Shown: positions 17,190 through 25,807, counted from the first letter of the stretch. The stretch: 64,000 nt of DNA from Pseudomonadota bacterium (GCA_043806215.1 JAZDHD010000402.1:3661-67660); one strand, 5' to 3'. The notes: a model not told the origin generated them from the sequence alone. A program made the numbers and translations.

Positions 17190-18707
17190 CTACTTCTCAA
17201 GTACTCCGTATAACCGGCACATCACCTCGTCTCTGGAAACGGCATCCCCGGCTCGGAACCGGCACCCTCCCCCGCACGATTCCGCGTGGTCACAGTCACG
17301 GCACAGGGTGGAATCAATGGGGATGTGTTCCGCTTTGGCCCAAGCTTTCGCCAGTCCCTCTAGTACTGAACCATAGCGCATATCCGGATAGAGACCGCAT
17401 CGGCACACGTCGCCCGAAGGGAGCACCGCTGCCAAATGCCGTCCGCAGGTCCATCCGGGGGAGGTGCCGTGGTACGAACCTCCAAAACCGTAGGCCATGG
17501 CTACGGCCGCGTCGTCGAGCCCTACGGCGAGATCGGGATGCGAAACCCGCCTGCCGGCAACGCAGGGATAGTCGATGCTCCATTCCCGCACACCCAGTTC
17601 GGTCATCAGATCCTTCATCCGCCCGAATTCGCCGAGGTTACCCCGATGCACCATGGTTGCCGCGGACAGATCCAAGCCCGCATTCTTCACTGCGTGCAAG
17701 GCCCTCAGCGCCTTCTTGAACGCTCCTTTGCCCCGAATCATGTCATGGCCTTCTTCCATACCGTCAAGGCTGATCTGCACCTCATGAAAGTGCAGTTTGG
17801 AGACGGCTCTATCGTCAAGGGTCAGTCCGTTGCTCAGGAGCACGGCACGAACGGGATAATCCGGCAGCAGGTTGTTGAGGACATCGAAGTGCGGGTACAA
17901 TGTGGGCTCGCCGCCCGAAACAAGGACCCTCAGACCCTGCATTTCGCTGAACTGCTCCAGCAGAGGCTCGATAAGATCAGGGGGGAAATCCGTGTTGCTT
18001 GATTCCCCGAGATAGCAGTGAGCGCACGACAGATTGCACCTATACGTGACCAACCATTCCAGGTAACGCAATGACGGTATCGGCGAGCGCCCCCGGTACA
18101 ACTTCCCGGGCCTCGCTTCGGGGAGAAACTCCAGGAGATCCTCATCCATGCAGACACACAGAAACGCCGGATCGGGGTTCAGTTGTCTCACCGTGTGTTC
18201 GCCGTTGCACCGGTTGAGCATCTCAAAGGCTTCTGCGTTGACCTCGTACAGTTCATCGTGCTTCACGTGATACAGATAGTGCTCTTCAAGGTTCTTGATT
18301 GCAGTCCGGGGGGTCAGGCCGAGCCGACTGTCGAGATTGCGCCCGATAAGGTCGATTTCTCGAACCGCTTCCTCCGAGAGAGTGCCTTCCCTGAGAAGGC
18401 CGGAGATCAGAACGAGTCCTCCGCACGGCCGACAATTCTCCGGTGGATGCAATGACGTGAAGTCACAATCGTTTACGAGAAAAGGGCATGCCGAGCACAC
18501 ATGGTCTCTCAGGAAAGATCTCTTGAAATCCGGATCGAAGGGGGTGTCCGAGGAAAGCACGGGGCGGGATGACGTCATCGAAGAGAAGACCGAGGTTAGC
18601 TCATAACCTCGGCACCGCTCCTCTTCGGATGAGTTTTGTTTGTAGTAATTGCAGTGGGGACGGCAAACCCAATCTTCCTGGTCGGACAACTCAGATTCAC
18701 CTCTCAT
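17190..18707 (-). CDS. Radical SAM/SPASM-type peptide maturase candidate with N-terminal 8-Cys module and PqqD-like RRE
   Basis: CX3CX2C motif YRCNLSCAHCY (Cys224/228/231). C-terminal Cys cluster GDVCRCG...CRDCDHAESCGGGCRFRA is SPASM or twitch-like. LYEVNAEAFEMLNRCNGEHTVRQL resembles the PqqD/RRE motif. Confidence 0.85.
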   Translation of the reverse strand: MRGESELSDQEDWVCRPHCNYYKQNSSEEERCRGYELTSVFSSMTSSRPVLSSDTPFDPDFKRSFLRDHVCSACPFLVNDCDFTSLHPPENCRPCGGLVLISGLLREGTLSEEAVREIDLIGRNLDSRLGLTPRTAIKNLEEHYLYHVKHDELYEVNAEAFEMLNRCNGEHTVRQLNPDPAFLCVCMDEDLLEFLPEARPGKLYRGRSPIPSLRYLEWLVTYRCNLSCAHCYLGESSNTDFPPDLIEPLLEQFSEMQGLRVLVSGGEPTLYPHFDVLNNLLPDYPVRAVLLSNGLTLDDRAVSKLHFHEVQISLDGMEEGHDMIRGKGAFKKALRALHAVKNAGLDLSAATMVHRGNLGEFGRMKDLMTELGVREWSIDYPCVAGRRVSHPDLAVGLDDAAVAMAYGFGGSYHGTSPGWTCGRHLAAVLPSGDVCRCGLYPDMRYGSVLEGLAKAWAKAEHIPIDSTLCRDCDHAESCGGGCRFRAGDAVSRDEVMCRLYGVLEK

Positions 18708-18743
18708 TGGGAAGTTTGGGATTGCCGGGCAACATTTCCGTTG

Positions 18744-18806
18744 TCAGCAGGAGCTCTTGCACTTGCACATGCCTTTGGTCGACTTGGTCACTTTCTTGAT
18801 TGTCAT
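18744..18806 (-). CDS. Small ORF (20 aa) MTIKKVTKSTKGMCKCKSSC; candidate precursor peptide
   Basis: Hand-translated; it is below the ORF-track size cut-off. GGGAGG lies 5 nt upstream of the ATG (complement 18812-18817). The stop is 36 nt before the radical SAM start on the same strand. Confidence 0.5.
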   Translation of the reverse strand: MTIKKVTKSTKGMCKCKSSC

Positions 18807-19041
18807 GAATGCCTCCCGTATGATTAAATCCGCTGAGTTCATGGTGGAGCACGGCACGGCCCGAGTCAAGGCGAACTTCGCCGGAAACAACAAAAAAGTT
18901 TAAGAGTAGCAGTCGGTTACGCTACATGTTACTCGGCGGATATGACAACCGTATACATGCCACACTGTGCTACGGACGTTACTTAGATACTATGCTCCAT
19001 CCGCGCTGCGCGCATGCCGGGGAACCGGGGCGGAGGTTGGG

Positions 19042-19377
19042 ATGAAATCGTTCGATGTAAGAGCACTCGCCGCGGATGAAGGCGGCGAGTACGTTTTGGG
19101 AATGAAGGACCTCGACACTCATGCATGTTACCTTATCTACGGCACGCTGCGGCCGGGCGAAGGAGGCAGACGGGTCGAGCCGGGCCACGGGCACGAGGAG
19201 ATACTCTGTGTCGTTTCCGGAACGCTGCTGATTCATGCACCGGGAGAGGACTTCACGCTGGAGACCGGCCATGCGGTACATGTCCGGGAAGACGGGTCCT
19301 TCGAGATTTCCAATCCCGGGCGGGAGGAAGCCGTCTACGTAATGGCCGGCGGGCACCCTCGGCCTCATCACCACTGA
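19042..19377 (+). CDS. Cupin domain protein
   Basis: ORF 18967..19377 trimmed to the ATG at 19042 (GGAGG upstream). GHGHEEILCVVSGTL...GHAVHV is a cupin two-motif pattern. Confidence 0.7.
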   Translation: MKSFDVRALAADEGGEYVLGMKDLDTHACYLIYGTLRPGEGGRRVEPGHGHEEILCVVSGTLLIHAPGEDFTLETGHAVHVREDGSFEISNPGREEAVYVMAGGHPRPHHH

Positions 19378-19404
19378 TTCGGGCGACGGACCGGCCGTCC
19401 TGCG

Positions 19405-20199
19405 TCAGCTTTTCTCGAATGCGATGACGGCCGCACCCAATGCTCCGACAATCTGAGGATCGACGATGTCGGGGAATCCGACGAACCTGCACTCGAGGAT
19501 CTCTTCGAGTGTTTCCACGACCCCTCTATTCTTCGCCACTCCTCCGGTGATGACGATTTCCTTCTCCATGCCCACCCTCTTTGCCAAGGTGCGTATCCTG
19601 TTGGCAACGGACTTGTGAAGCCCCTTGATTATGGAAGGGAGCGGAACTTCCTCGTTGATGAGATTGATGACTTCGGATTCCGCAAAGACGCTGCACATGC
19701 TGCTGATCATGGCCGGATCGCCTTCGCCGAAGTGCAGCCGTACCATGTCCTTGATCTCTAGATCCATGGACCTGGCCATAAAATCCAAGAATCTTCCGGT
19801 ACCGGCGGCACACTTGTCATTCATGACAAAATCCGCCACCAGCCCTTCATTGTCGATTCTGATGGCCTTGGTGTCCTGTCCCCCTATGTCGACCACGGTC
19901 CTCACTTCCGGGAGCAAATGATGAGCACCCCGTGCATGACAGGAGATTTCCGAGACGTTTTCATCCGCGAACTCGACTCTGGCCCGGCCGTATCCGGTAC
20001 CTATGACATACGCAACCTGCTCTCGGGTAATACCCGCGGATGAAAGAGCCCGTTCGAAGACGAGCCGGGCGGTCTTGCTCGGACTGACCGAGCTCGGTCC
20101 TATGGAATACGAGGCAATCTCTCCCCCCGAGAGTATGACGGCCTTGCTCGTGGATGATCCGATATCGATGCCTGCCGTTATTGTGTCTCCGTTGGCCAA
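19405..20199 (-). CDS. Activator ATPase of 2-hydroxyacyl-CoA dehydratase type (BadF/BadG/BcrA/BcrD family)
   Basis: The long ORF 19405..20745 overlaps the upstream gene. It is trimmed to the TTG at 20199, which has GGGAGGG 6 nt upstream. Motifs GIDIGSSTSKAV and NDKCAAGTGRFLD are present. Confidence 0.8.
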   Translation of the reverse strand: MANGDTITAGIDIGSSTSKAVILSGGEIASYSIGPSSVSPSKTARLVFERALSSAGITREQVAYVIGTGYGRARVEFADENVSEISCHARGAHHLLPEVRTVVDIGGQDTKAIRIDNEGLVADFVMNDKCAAGTGRFLDFMARSMDLEIKDMVRLHFGEGDPAMISSMCSVFAESEVINLINEEVPLPSIIKGLHKSVANRIRTLAKRVGMEKEIVITGGVAKNRGVVETLEEILECRFVGFPDIVDPQIVGALGAAVIAFEKS

Positions 20200-20215
20200 T
20201 TGTAACCCTCCCACG

Positions 20216-21529
20216 CTATTTGTGTTTGCGGGGCAGGACAATGTCTTCGGCAAAGCGCCTGAATTCCTGCTTAAGCGTTTCGACGGACGTGACCCGGGGA
20301 TCGAACAAGTCGAACTCGAAGATAAGCACCGGAATGTCGGCTTCTCTGAGCGCCTCCTTGAGCAGCCCGGCGATGCCCCACGCATGTTTGCACGATATGT
20401 GGCCTGCAATGAGAGCACAATCGGCCTTATACTCTCGTGCCGCACGGACCAGATCGTCGATGAAGTAATCCGGCAACCCCGTGAAGTGGCGTCCCATGGG
20501 CATGAAGATCTGCTTCCTGGCCAAATCGTGCAGGATGGTCTCGGGAGTGGAAGTGTCCACGTACATTTCAGGGACCACGTAACTGAACATGTCCACGGGA
20601 ACGACCATGCCCAGATCGTTTTCCATCCAGTCGTACAAGCCGATATTGAACCACGTGGGCGAACCGAACCATATGGCCCTGACTCTCTCTCCTCCCGGCG
20701 CTGCGGACTTACCCGCCAAAACCCGTTCCTTGGCATCCGCTGCATACTCGGAAGCCACCCAGGTCGCTCCCTTGGTCCCGGAACCGTCCTGGAGCAGGAT
20801 ATACATGGTCGAGAGCATTTTGCTCATCTGAGGACACGGGACCGTTTTGCGAAGGTCAAGCCATTCCAATGCCTGCTCGATCATCCGGTTGCTTTCCTCG
20901 CAGATCTCCTTCAGCCTGTCCCAGTTCAGTCTCTTTCCCGTCTTCTCTTCGAGGAATGTGATCTGATCCTTCAGTTGTCGGGCAACGTGCATGATCTCCC
21001 GCTCGCCGTGAAGGTGCGGGATATCGATCAGAAAGACGTCCTCGCCGGTCTGCTCTTTGATGGTCTCGGCAAGTACCGTTTGGCTGTCGCACGGAGCGGT
21101 TACGAAAACCGAACAGGTAATTTCGGGAAGGAACTTCTTGGCCAGGTTCCCGAGTGTGGCCCTGTCCGCGGAACACACGTCGCTGCTCATTCCTTGGGAC
21201 TCGGCGATTTCCATGGCTTCTATGTTGTACTGGTAATCGCCGACCAATGATTGGAGAGCGACAACCTTCTCCATGGCAAAGGGAAATACCTCATTCTCGT
21301 TGTCCCCCAGTGCGAGCAGGATCTCCGGTATTCCTCCAAGATTGTAGGAGACTACCGGCACTCCGCTGTCCAGCGCGGCCGCAATTCCCTCCGTGGCCAT
21401 TTTGGCGGCCAGAAGAAACGCATTGAAGGCCCTTGAGTCCGGATCTCCCTGGTGGCGCTCCATCAGTCGGTTCACACCTTCATATATGGTTTCAAGCTCC
21501 TTGCCCCGGTCTTTTCCCAGCACCGTCAT
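20216..21529 (-). CDS. 2-hydroxyacyl-CoA dehydratase / benzoyl-CoA reductase B/C-family subunit (HGD-D family)
   Basis: 437 aa. ATGA overlap with the upstream subunit. Family-typical layout with conserved Cys (SDVCSADR, APCDSQ, HISCKH). Confidence 0.75.
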   Translation of the reverse strand: MTVLGKDRGKELETIYEGVNRLMERHQGDPDSRAFNAFLLAAKMATEGIAAALDSGVPVVSYNLGGIPEILLALGDNENEVFPFAMEKVVALQSLVGDYQYNIEAMEIAESQGMSSDVCSADRATLGNLAKKFLPEITCSVFVTAPCDSQTVLAETIKEQTGEDVFLIDIPHLHGEREIMHVARQLKDQITFLEEKTGKRLNWDRLKEICEESNRMIEQALEWLDLRKTVPCPQMSKMLSTMYILLQDGSGTKGATWVASEYAADAKERVLAGKSAAPGGERVRAIWFGSPTWFNIGLYDWMENDLGMVVPVDMFSYVVPEMYVDTSTPETILHDLARKQIFMPMGRHFTGLPDYFIDDLVRAAREYKADCALIAGHISCKHAWGIAGLLKEALREADIPVLIFEFDLFDPRVTSVETLKQEFRRFAEDIVLPRKHK

Positions 21530-22680
21530 CGCACGGCCCCTTTCTTGGATTTGGACTCGATGTTTTCAATGAACGCCTGTACCCGTGTCTTCACCTGGCC
21601 GTATCCGCCCGCCAAGTACTCGCGGTCGAGCACCAGGGTGGGTAGGCCGTTTTCCCGGCCGCGACGGATGAAGTTGTACAGATGGCCGGCATTGATGACG
21701 CACTGTTTCATGCGCTGCGCGATCAGGCCGTCCGCCTTGTAGGCCTGTTTGATCCGCTCGATGTTGGCGTAGCGGGGTGAAAAGCTGTTAAACATCCTGG
21801 CACACGGCACTCGATAGAAGTATCTCTCCGCGATCTTGTCGAGGGGATCTCCGTCTTCGGCCACGAGTTCTTCGTAGAACCTGGCTCCGAAACACGTGTC
21901 CTCGTACACCACCAGTCCGCCCTGCTCTTCTATTGCTTTCAGGAACTCGGGTTCATCCAGTTCCCCGCCGGTAACGATAAAGCGTGCCCTGTAGTTTCGC
22001 GGTTCCTCACCGCCGGCTGTTGCATCGAGGAGTTCACCGGCCAATTCATCGAAGTCCTTCAGCGGCATCAGATGAGCTGCCACCGTTACGGTAAGGGCTT
22101 CGCTTCCGCTGAGCGGAGGGTTGGATCCCCTTCTCAGTTCGTTGAGTTCGATCAGCTTTGTACGGACGGCATTGTGCAGGCCGATTGCTTCGCGCAACTC
22201 GTCCGGTCCGATCTTCACCTGGAAATCCTTTTCCATGGCGGCGATCAGATTCTCCAGTTCCTCCTTGTACCAGGAGAACAGTCTTTCCTCCGCGGCGCGA
22301 GGCACGGAAAGAAACGCATGAAACGGGATTTTGCTCTTCTGCTTCAGGACGTCGTGCGCCCTCCTCGCCTGATCGCAGCCATTCATACAGACTACCCCGG
22401 ACAGGAAGTCGAATTGTCCCTCCAGCGCCAGATTGACGGTATGCCTTACAAACGTGCAGACATTGGAGCTCATATGCACGTCGGCCAGGCCCGTGTCGTC
22501 GCTTCCCGCTCCCCTTATCCGGTACGGTACCATACCTGCGGCGGTCAATATTTCTCCCGGTATCAGGGTGCAGTAGTAGCCGCACACCTTCCCTCCTCCG
22601 GAAATCCATCCATCGAGATAGGTGTTGCGCGGTTTCTGCACAACCTGCTGAAATAGTCTCAATACTTCGGCCTTGTCCAT
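21526..22680 (-). CDS. 2-hydroxyacyl-CoA dehydratase-family subunit (HGD-D family)
   Basis: 384 aa. GGKVCGYYCTLIPGEILTAAGMVPYRI is the characteristic N-terminal motif. Further Cys at NVCTF, NGCDQ and DTCFGAR. Confidence 0.8.
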   Translation of the reverse strand: MDKAEVLRLFQQVVQKPRNTYLDGWISGGGKVCGYYCTLIPGEILTAAGMVPYRIRGAGSDDTGLADVHMSSNVCTFVRHTVNLALEGQFDFLSGVVCMNGCDQARRAHDVLKQKSKIPFHAFLSVPRAAEERLFSWYKEELENLIAAMEKDFQVKIGPDELREAIGLHNAVRTKLIELNELRRGSNPPLSGSEALTVTVAAHLMPLKDFDELAGELLDATAGGEEPRNYRARFIVTGGELDEPEFLKAIEEQGGLVVYEDTCFGARFYEELVAEDGDPLDKIAERYFYRVPCARMFNSFSPRYANIERIKQAYKADGLIAQRMKQCVINAGHLYNFIRRGRENGLPTLVLDREYLAGGYGQVKTRVQAFIENIESKSKKGAVR

Positions 22681-22683
22681 ATC

Positions 22684-23451
22684 TCAGTCTCCCTGAGCTT
22701 TGATAAGGATGTCGGTGATTTTTCTCACCGACTCCAGGATTGGCGAATCGGCTGGAAGGTCAAAAACTGATCGGCCAAGGGCATCGTTCCTCAGCAATCC
22801 CTCATCCTCGGGAATCACGCCCCACGTAAGATCGCGGAGATGTTGTGAGGAAAGGTCGGCATCCCCGCCCAGGTCTTGCCTGCGATTCAGAACGACTCCC
22901 AATCGGGCCTTCATGCCCAATTCACGCACCACCCGGACGATCAGGTCCATGGAGTGCCTGCTTCTCAGTGAGTTGTCCACGAGCACGACAATGGTGTCCA
23001 CAACCGACATGACTTCCCTGTTGATCTGTTCGATTCCGGCTTCCGCGTCCAGCAGCACCACGTCATAGTCCTGGGCGATGTTCTTGACGGATTCCTTCAA
23101 CAACGTGTTGAGGGGACAAAAACAGCCTCTGGAAAGAGGCCTCCCCATTGCCAGGAAACTGAGGTTCTCCGTTTCCGTAAGCGCCTCCAGCATCAGGTAA
23201 TCCATAATCCCGGCGATTTGTTCAGGATTGCGGTCTCTACGGGCCCTTTGTATGAGATCATCCCTGACTTGCCCGAGTGTCTTGATATCGGCGGACAATC
23301 CCACGAAATAGGACAGTCCCAGCGCCGGGTCGGCATCCACTGCGAGAACCCTGAGACCCCGTTCCGCCAGCACCCTGACGACGGCACCGCTGAAAACGGT
23401 CTTACCCACACCTCCTTTACCGCATACGGCAATAACGGTTTGGTTCCCCAT
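22684..23451 (-). CDS. CooC/AcsF-type P-loop ATPase (Ni-insertion accessory protein family)
   Basis: ORF trimmed to the ATG at 23451. Deviant Walker A VCGKGGVGKT, plus RGCFCP (the CXC metal-binding motif I associate with CooC). Confidence 0.7.
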   Translation of the reverse strand: MGNQTVIAVCGKGGVGKTVFSGAVVRVLAERGLRVLAVDADPALGLSYFVGLSADIKTLGQVRDDLIQRARRDRNPEQIAGIMDYLMLEALTETENLSFLAMGRPLSRGCFCPLNTLLKESVKNIAQDYDVVLLDAEAGIEQINREVMSVVDTIVVLVDNSLRSRHSMDLIVRVVRELGMKARLGVVLNRRQDLGGDADLSSQHLRDLTWGVIPEDEGLLRNDALGRSVFDLPADSPILESVRKITDILIKAQGD

Positions 23452-23459
23452 GGTTTTCC

Positions 23460-24206
23460 CTACACCCGTTTCTTCTTCCTCGTTATCGCAACCGCATCTT
23501 TCAGAACCCGGCAAACCTGGTTTTCCGGGCATTCGTTACAATCCACCCCGCTTGTGCACTCGCCCATCTCCCTTATCTCGGCCCTGTACCGATCTCTCTT
23601 CTCCTCGGCCACTCTTTCGGCAGTCGGCCGCAGCATCTCGATATGATTCGCGTCGGAAGAGATAAGGATCACGTTGGCTTTGGTGAACATGTGGCGATCC
23701 TTAAAGATTTCTGCAACAAGTCGCCGACCGATTGCCGCCAGGGTGATGCCGTGATCCAGGGCTTCTTGACGAACCCGAAGCCACATCTTGTCGAGAGCCG
23801 CCCTTGCCGTCACTCCCTGAAAACGGTCACAGACGGAGAGTTTTCCGGACAGAGCCCGCCTGCTGCGCTCGTCGGCCTCAACGACCTCCGCAAGGACGAT
23901 GAGGGCAAAGGGGTGACGCCCGGGAGCGAGCTCGTGGAGTTCGCCGCCCAGGACCAATACCCCGTTATCCCCTATCAGACCGTTTGTCCGCGTGATCAAA
24001 CAGAGGCAGATGGAAGGCGTGGATGGATGCCCCAATTCGAGGACCGTATTCCCGGCGCCGATGATGCGGCGGGGAGCCTCGCCTCTGCACGGGCTCTCGT
24101 CTTCAATACCGGGAAAGACCCGGTAGCGCCGGGCCGGCACCCCTGCCTTTTCCAGTGCCTCCGCCGGCATCTTGATTTCCGCTATGAAGCGACCGTCGTC
24201 CGACAT
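23460..24206 (-). CDS. Short acetyl-CoA synthase (ACS/CdhC) beta-subunit-like protein; middle domain plus start of the cluster-binding Cys motif
   Basis: 248 aa. The segments DNGVLVLGGELHELAPGRHPFALIV, WLRVRQEALDHGITLAAIGRRLVAEIFK, VILISSDANHIE...EEKRDRYR and CTSGVDCNECPENQVC parallel the ACS central region as I remember it. A CooC gene is adjacent. Confidence 0.45.
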   Translation of the reverse strand: MSDDGRFIAEIKMPAEALEKAGVPARRYRVFPGIEDESPCRGEAPRRIIGAGNTVLELGHPSTPSICLCLITRTNGLIGDNGVLVLGGELHELAPGRHPFALIVLAEVVEADERSRRALSGKLSVCDRFQGVTARAALDKMWLRVRQEALDHGITLAAIGRRLVAEIFKDRHMFTKANVILISSDANHIEMLRPTAERVAEEKRDRYRAEIREMGECTSGVDCNECPENQVCRVLKDAVAITRKKKRV

Positions 24207-24271
24207 GCGGGCATCCCCTATCCCATGGTCTGTTCATCAATCCGGCTAATGGTCGATTCCGGGCAGATTCA

Positions 24272-25504
24272 CTACCCACAATCGTAGTACCCGCGGCACA
24301 CGTCCAGGCGTCCCAGCTGGCCGCCCCCCACCCACAGCTGAATCATCTTGCAATCCCGCCAGTACTTCTCCACATCGTAGTCGCGCACGTAACCGTATGC
24401 ACCCATGAGCTCCATTGCCTTGTTCGTCACCGACACGGCAACATCGCATGCATGCATTTTCGCAATGCTCGCTCTGGACAACATGGAATTCGACGTAGGC
24501 GGACCGTAGTCCCCGGGATGATCATACATGTATGCAGCCGCATAGGCATACTGCCGAGCAGTTTCTATGCCCACGGCCATGTCGGCCAGTATGCACGCGG
24601 CCACGGAGTGATCTCGGATCGGTTTGTCGGCGACGACTCTCTCGCCGGTGTATTTGAGAACCGTTTCAAACGCGCCCTGTGCTTGGCCCACGGCCAGAGC
24701 GGCGGTAACCAGACGTCCAAGGATCAGGTTGTTGAGAAGCAATTGGCCATCTTGGCCCGGCCCCGCGGCCCGGAATTCCTTGGGCACCCGTACGTCGTCC
24801 AGGAAGGCCGCATGATTCTTGTCCCCCTGCATGCCCGCTTTCTTCTCGTTCTTGCCGAAAGTGAGCCCTTTGCTGTCTCCGGGCACGTATATTATCGCAA
24901 TCCCCTCATCCCCGAGTCCGGGATCGGTTGTACAGACCACGCAATAGGCATTCGCTATGCCGCTGTTGGATGCCCACATCTTCCGGCCGTTGATAACCCA
25001 TTCGTCCCCGTCGAGTCTGGCCGTGGTTCGAATCTTCTTTCCCTTCAAGGCAACATTCTCTATGTCGCAGCCGCCCCCGCCGTGGGGTCCGCCCGGCTCC
25101 GTCATGGAAAAACAGCCCAATTTCAGGACGTTACCGCAAAACTCAGGAGCGAAGCGATCCAAGACGGCTTTGTTCCCCGCGGCAAGCGCCGGCACAAATG
25201 CCCACCCGGTCACGTTGAAGGCCGTGCAGATCCCGCTGTCGCCGCGGCCGAGTTCTTCGTGCACCACCGCGTTGGTGACGACCGAGGCCGCGCCGCTGCC
25301 GCCGTATTCCTCAGGAAAGGGAGCCTTTTGGATCCCCAGATCCGTCAACCCCTGAAGGACTTTGTGTACCAGCACGTGTTCCTTGTCGTCGTCCACTTGC
25401 TGCCGGATAGGTACGATCTCGTTGTTGACGAACTTGCGGAGCACGTCCCTCAACATGTGATCTTCCTTCTTCAGATACACATCCACCTGCGATTTCATCG
25501 TCAT
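24272..25504 (-). CDS. Acyl-CoA dehydrogenase family protein
   Basis: ORF 24272..25645 trimmed to the ATG at 25504 (AGGAG 7 nt upstream). GCFSMTEPGGPHGGGGCD and the C-terminal ACAD helices are present. Confidence 0.85.
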   Translation of the reverse strand: MTMKSQVDVYLKKEDHMLRDVLRKFVNNEIVPIRQQVDDDKEHVLVHKVLQGLTDLGIQKAPFPEEYGGSGAASVVTNAVVHEELGRGDSGICTAFNVTGWAFVPALAAGNKAVLDRFAPEFCGNVLKLGCFSMTEPGGPHGGGGCDIENVALKGKKIRTTARLDGDEWVINGRKMWASNSGIANAYCVVCTTDPGLGDEGIAIIYVPGDSKGLTFGKNEKKAGMQGDKNHAAFLDDVRVPKEFRAAGPGQDGQLLLNNLILGRLVTAALAVGQAQGAFETVLKYTGERVVADKPIRDHSVAACILADMAVGIETARQYAYAAAYMYDHPGDYGPPTSNSMLSRASIAKMHACDVAVSVTNKAMELMGAYGYVRDYDVEKYWRDCKMIQLWVGGGQLGRLDVCRGYYDCG

Positions 25505-25715
25505 AGATCCGCTCCTGTTTTTTTCGCGGCCGTGGCCTGCCGGCCTGTTGGAAGGGATTTCGTCGGCGTTCCCGTCGTTTTGCGGTTTGGCCGGGTTTCC
25601 GCCTCTGCTTTCAAGGACATTTCCACGTAGGAGTTGGATAGGCATTCGGCGCTCAGGCTTCCCGCTTCCTGCCGCTGACCGGAGGTTGTGCCCAAAGCCT
25701 ATCCGCTCAACACCA

Positions 25716-25731
25716 AGCAGGATTCATGCCG
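25716..25731 (-). promoter_or_regulatory. Weak sigma-54 promoter candidate CGGCAT-GAATC-CTGCT (minus strand) upstream of the dehydrogenase/dehydratase operon
   Basis: GG-N10-GC spacing is conserved; both flanking T positions are mismatched. Lies about 215 nt upstream of the ATG at 25504. Confidence 0.3.
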
Positions 25732-25807
25732 GAATGGTCGACGACCGGAACACCCTGTCATTACGGGAATAGAGCCTCACCGTCCACAGCAACCAAAGCG
25801 GAGGATT

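Noticed and set aside
20200-20745. N-terminal 180 residues of ORF 19405..20745
   Set aside because: This part overlaps the upstream dehydratase-family gene in another frame. The ATPase fold starts at GIDIGSS, and a TTG with a GGGAGGG Shine-Dalgarno at 20199 gives a normal-length activator.
19405-22680. Class I (ATP-dependent) benzoyl-CoA reductase
   Set aside because: That enzyme needs two different BcrA/BcrD-type ATPase subunits. Only one ATPase gene is present, which fits the dehydratase/activator or double-cubane-protein architecture.
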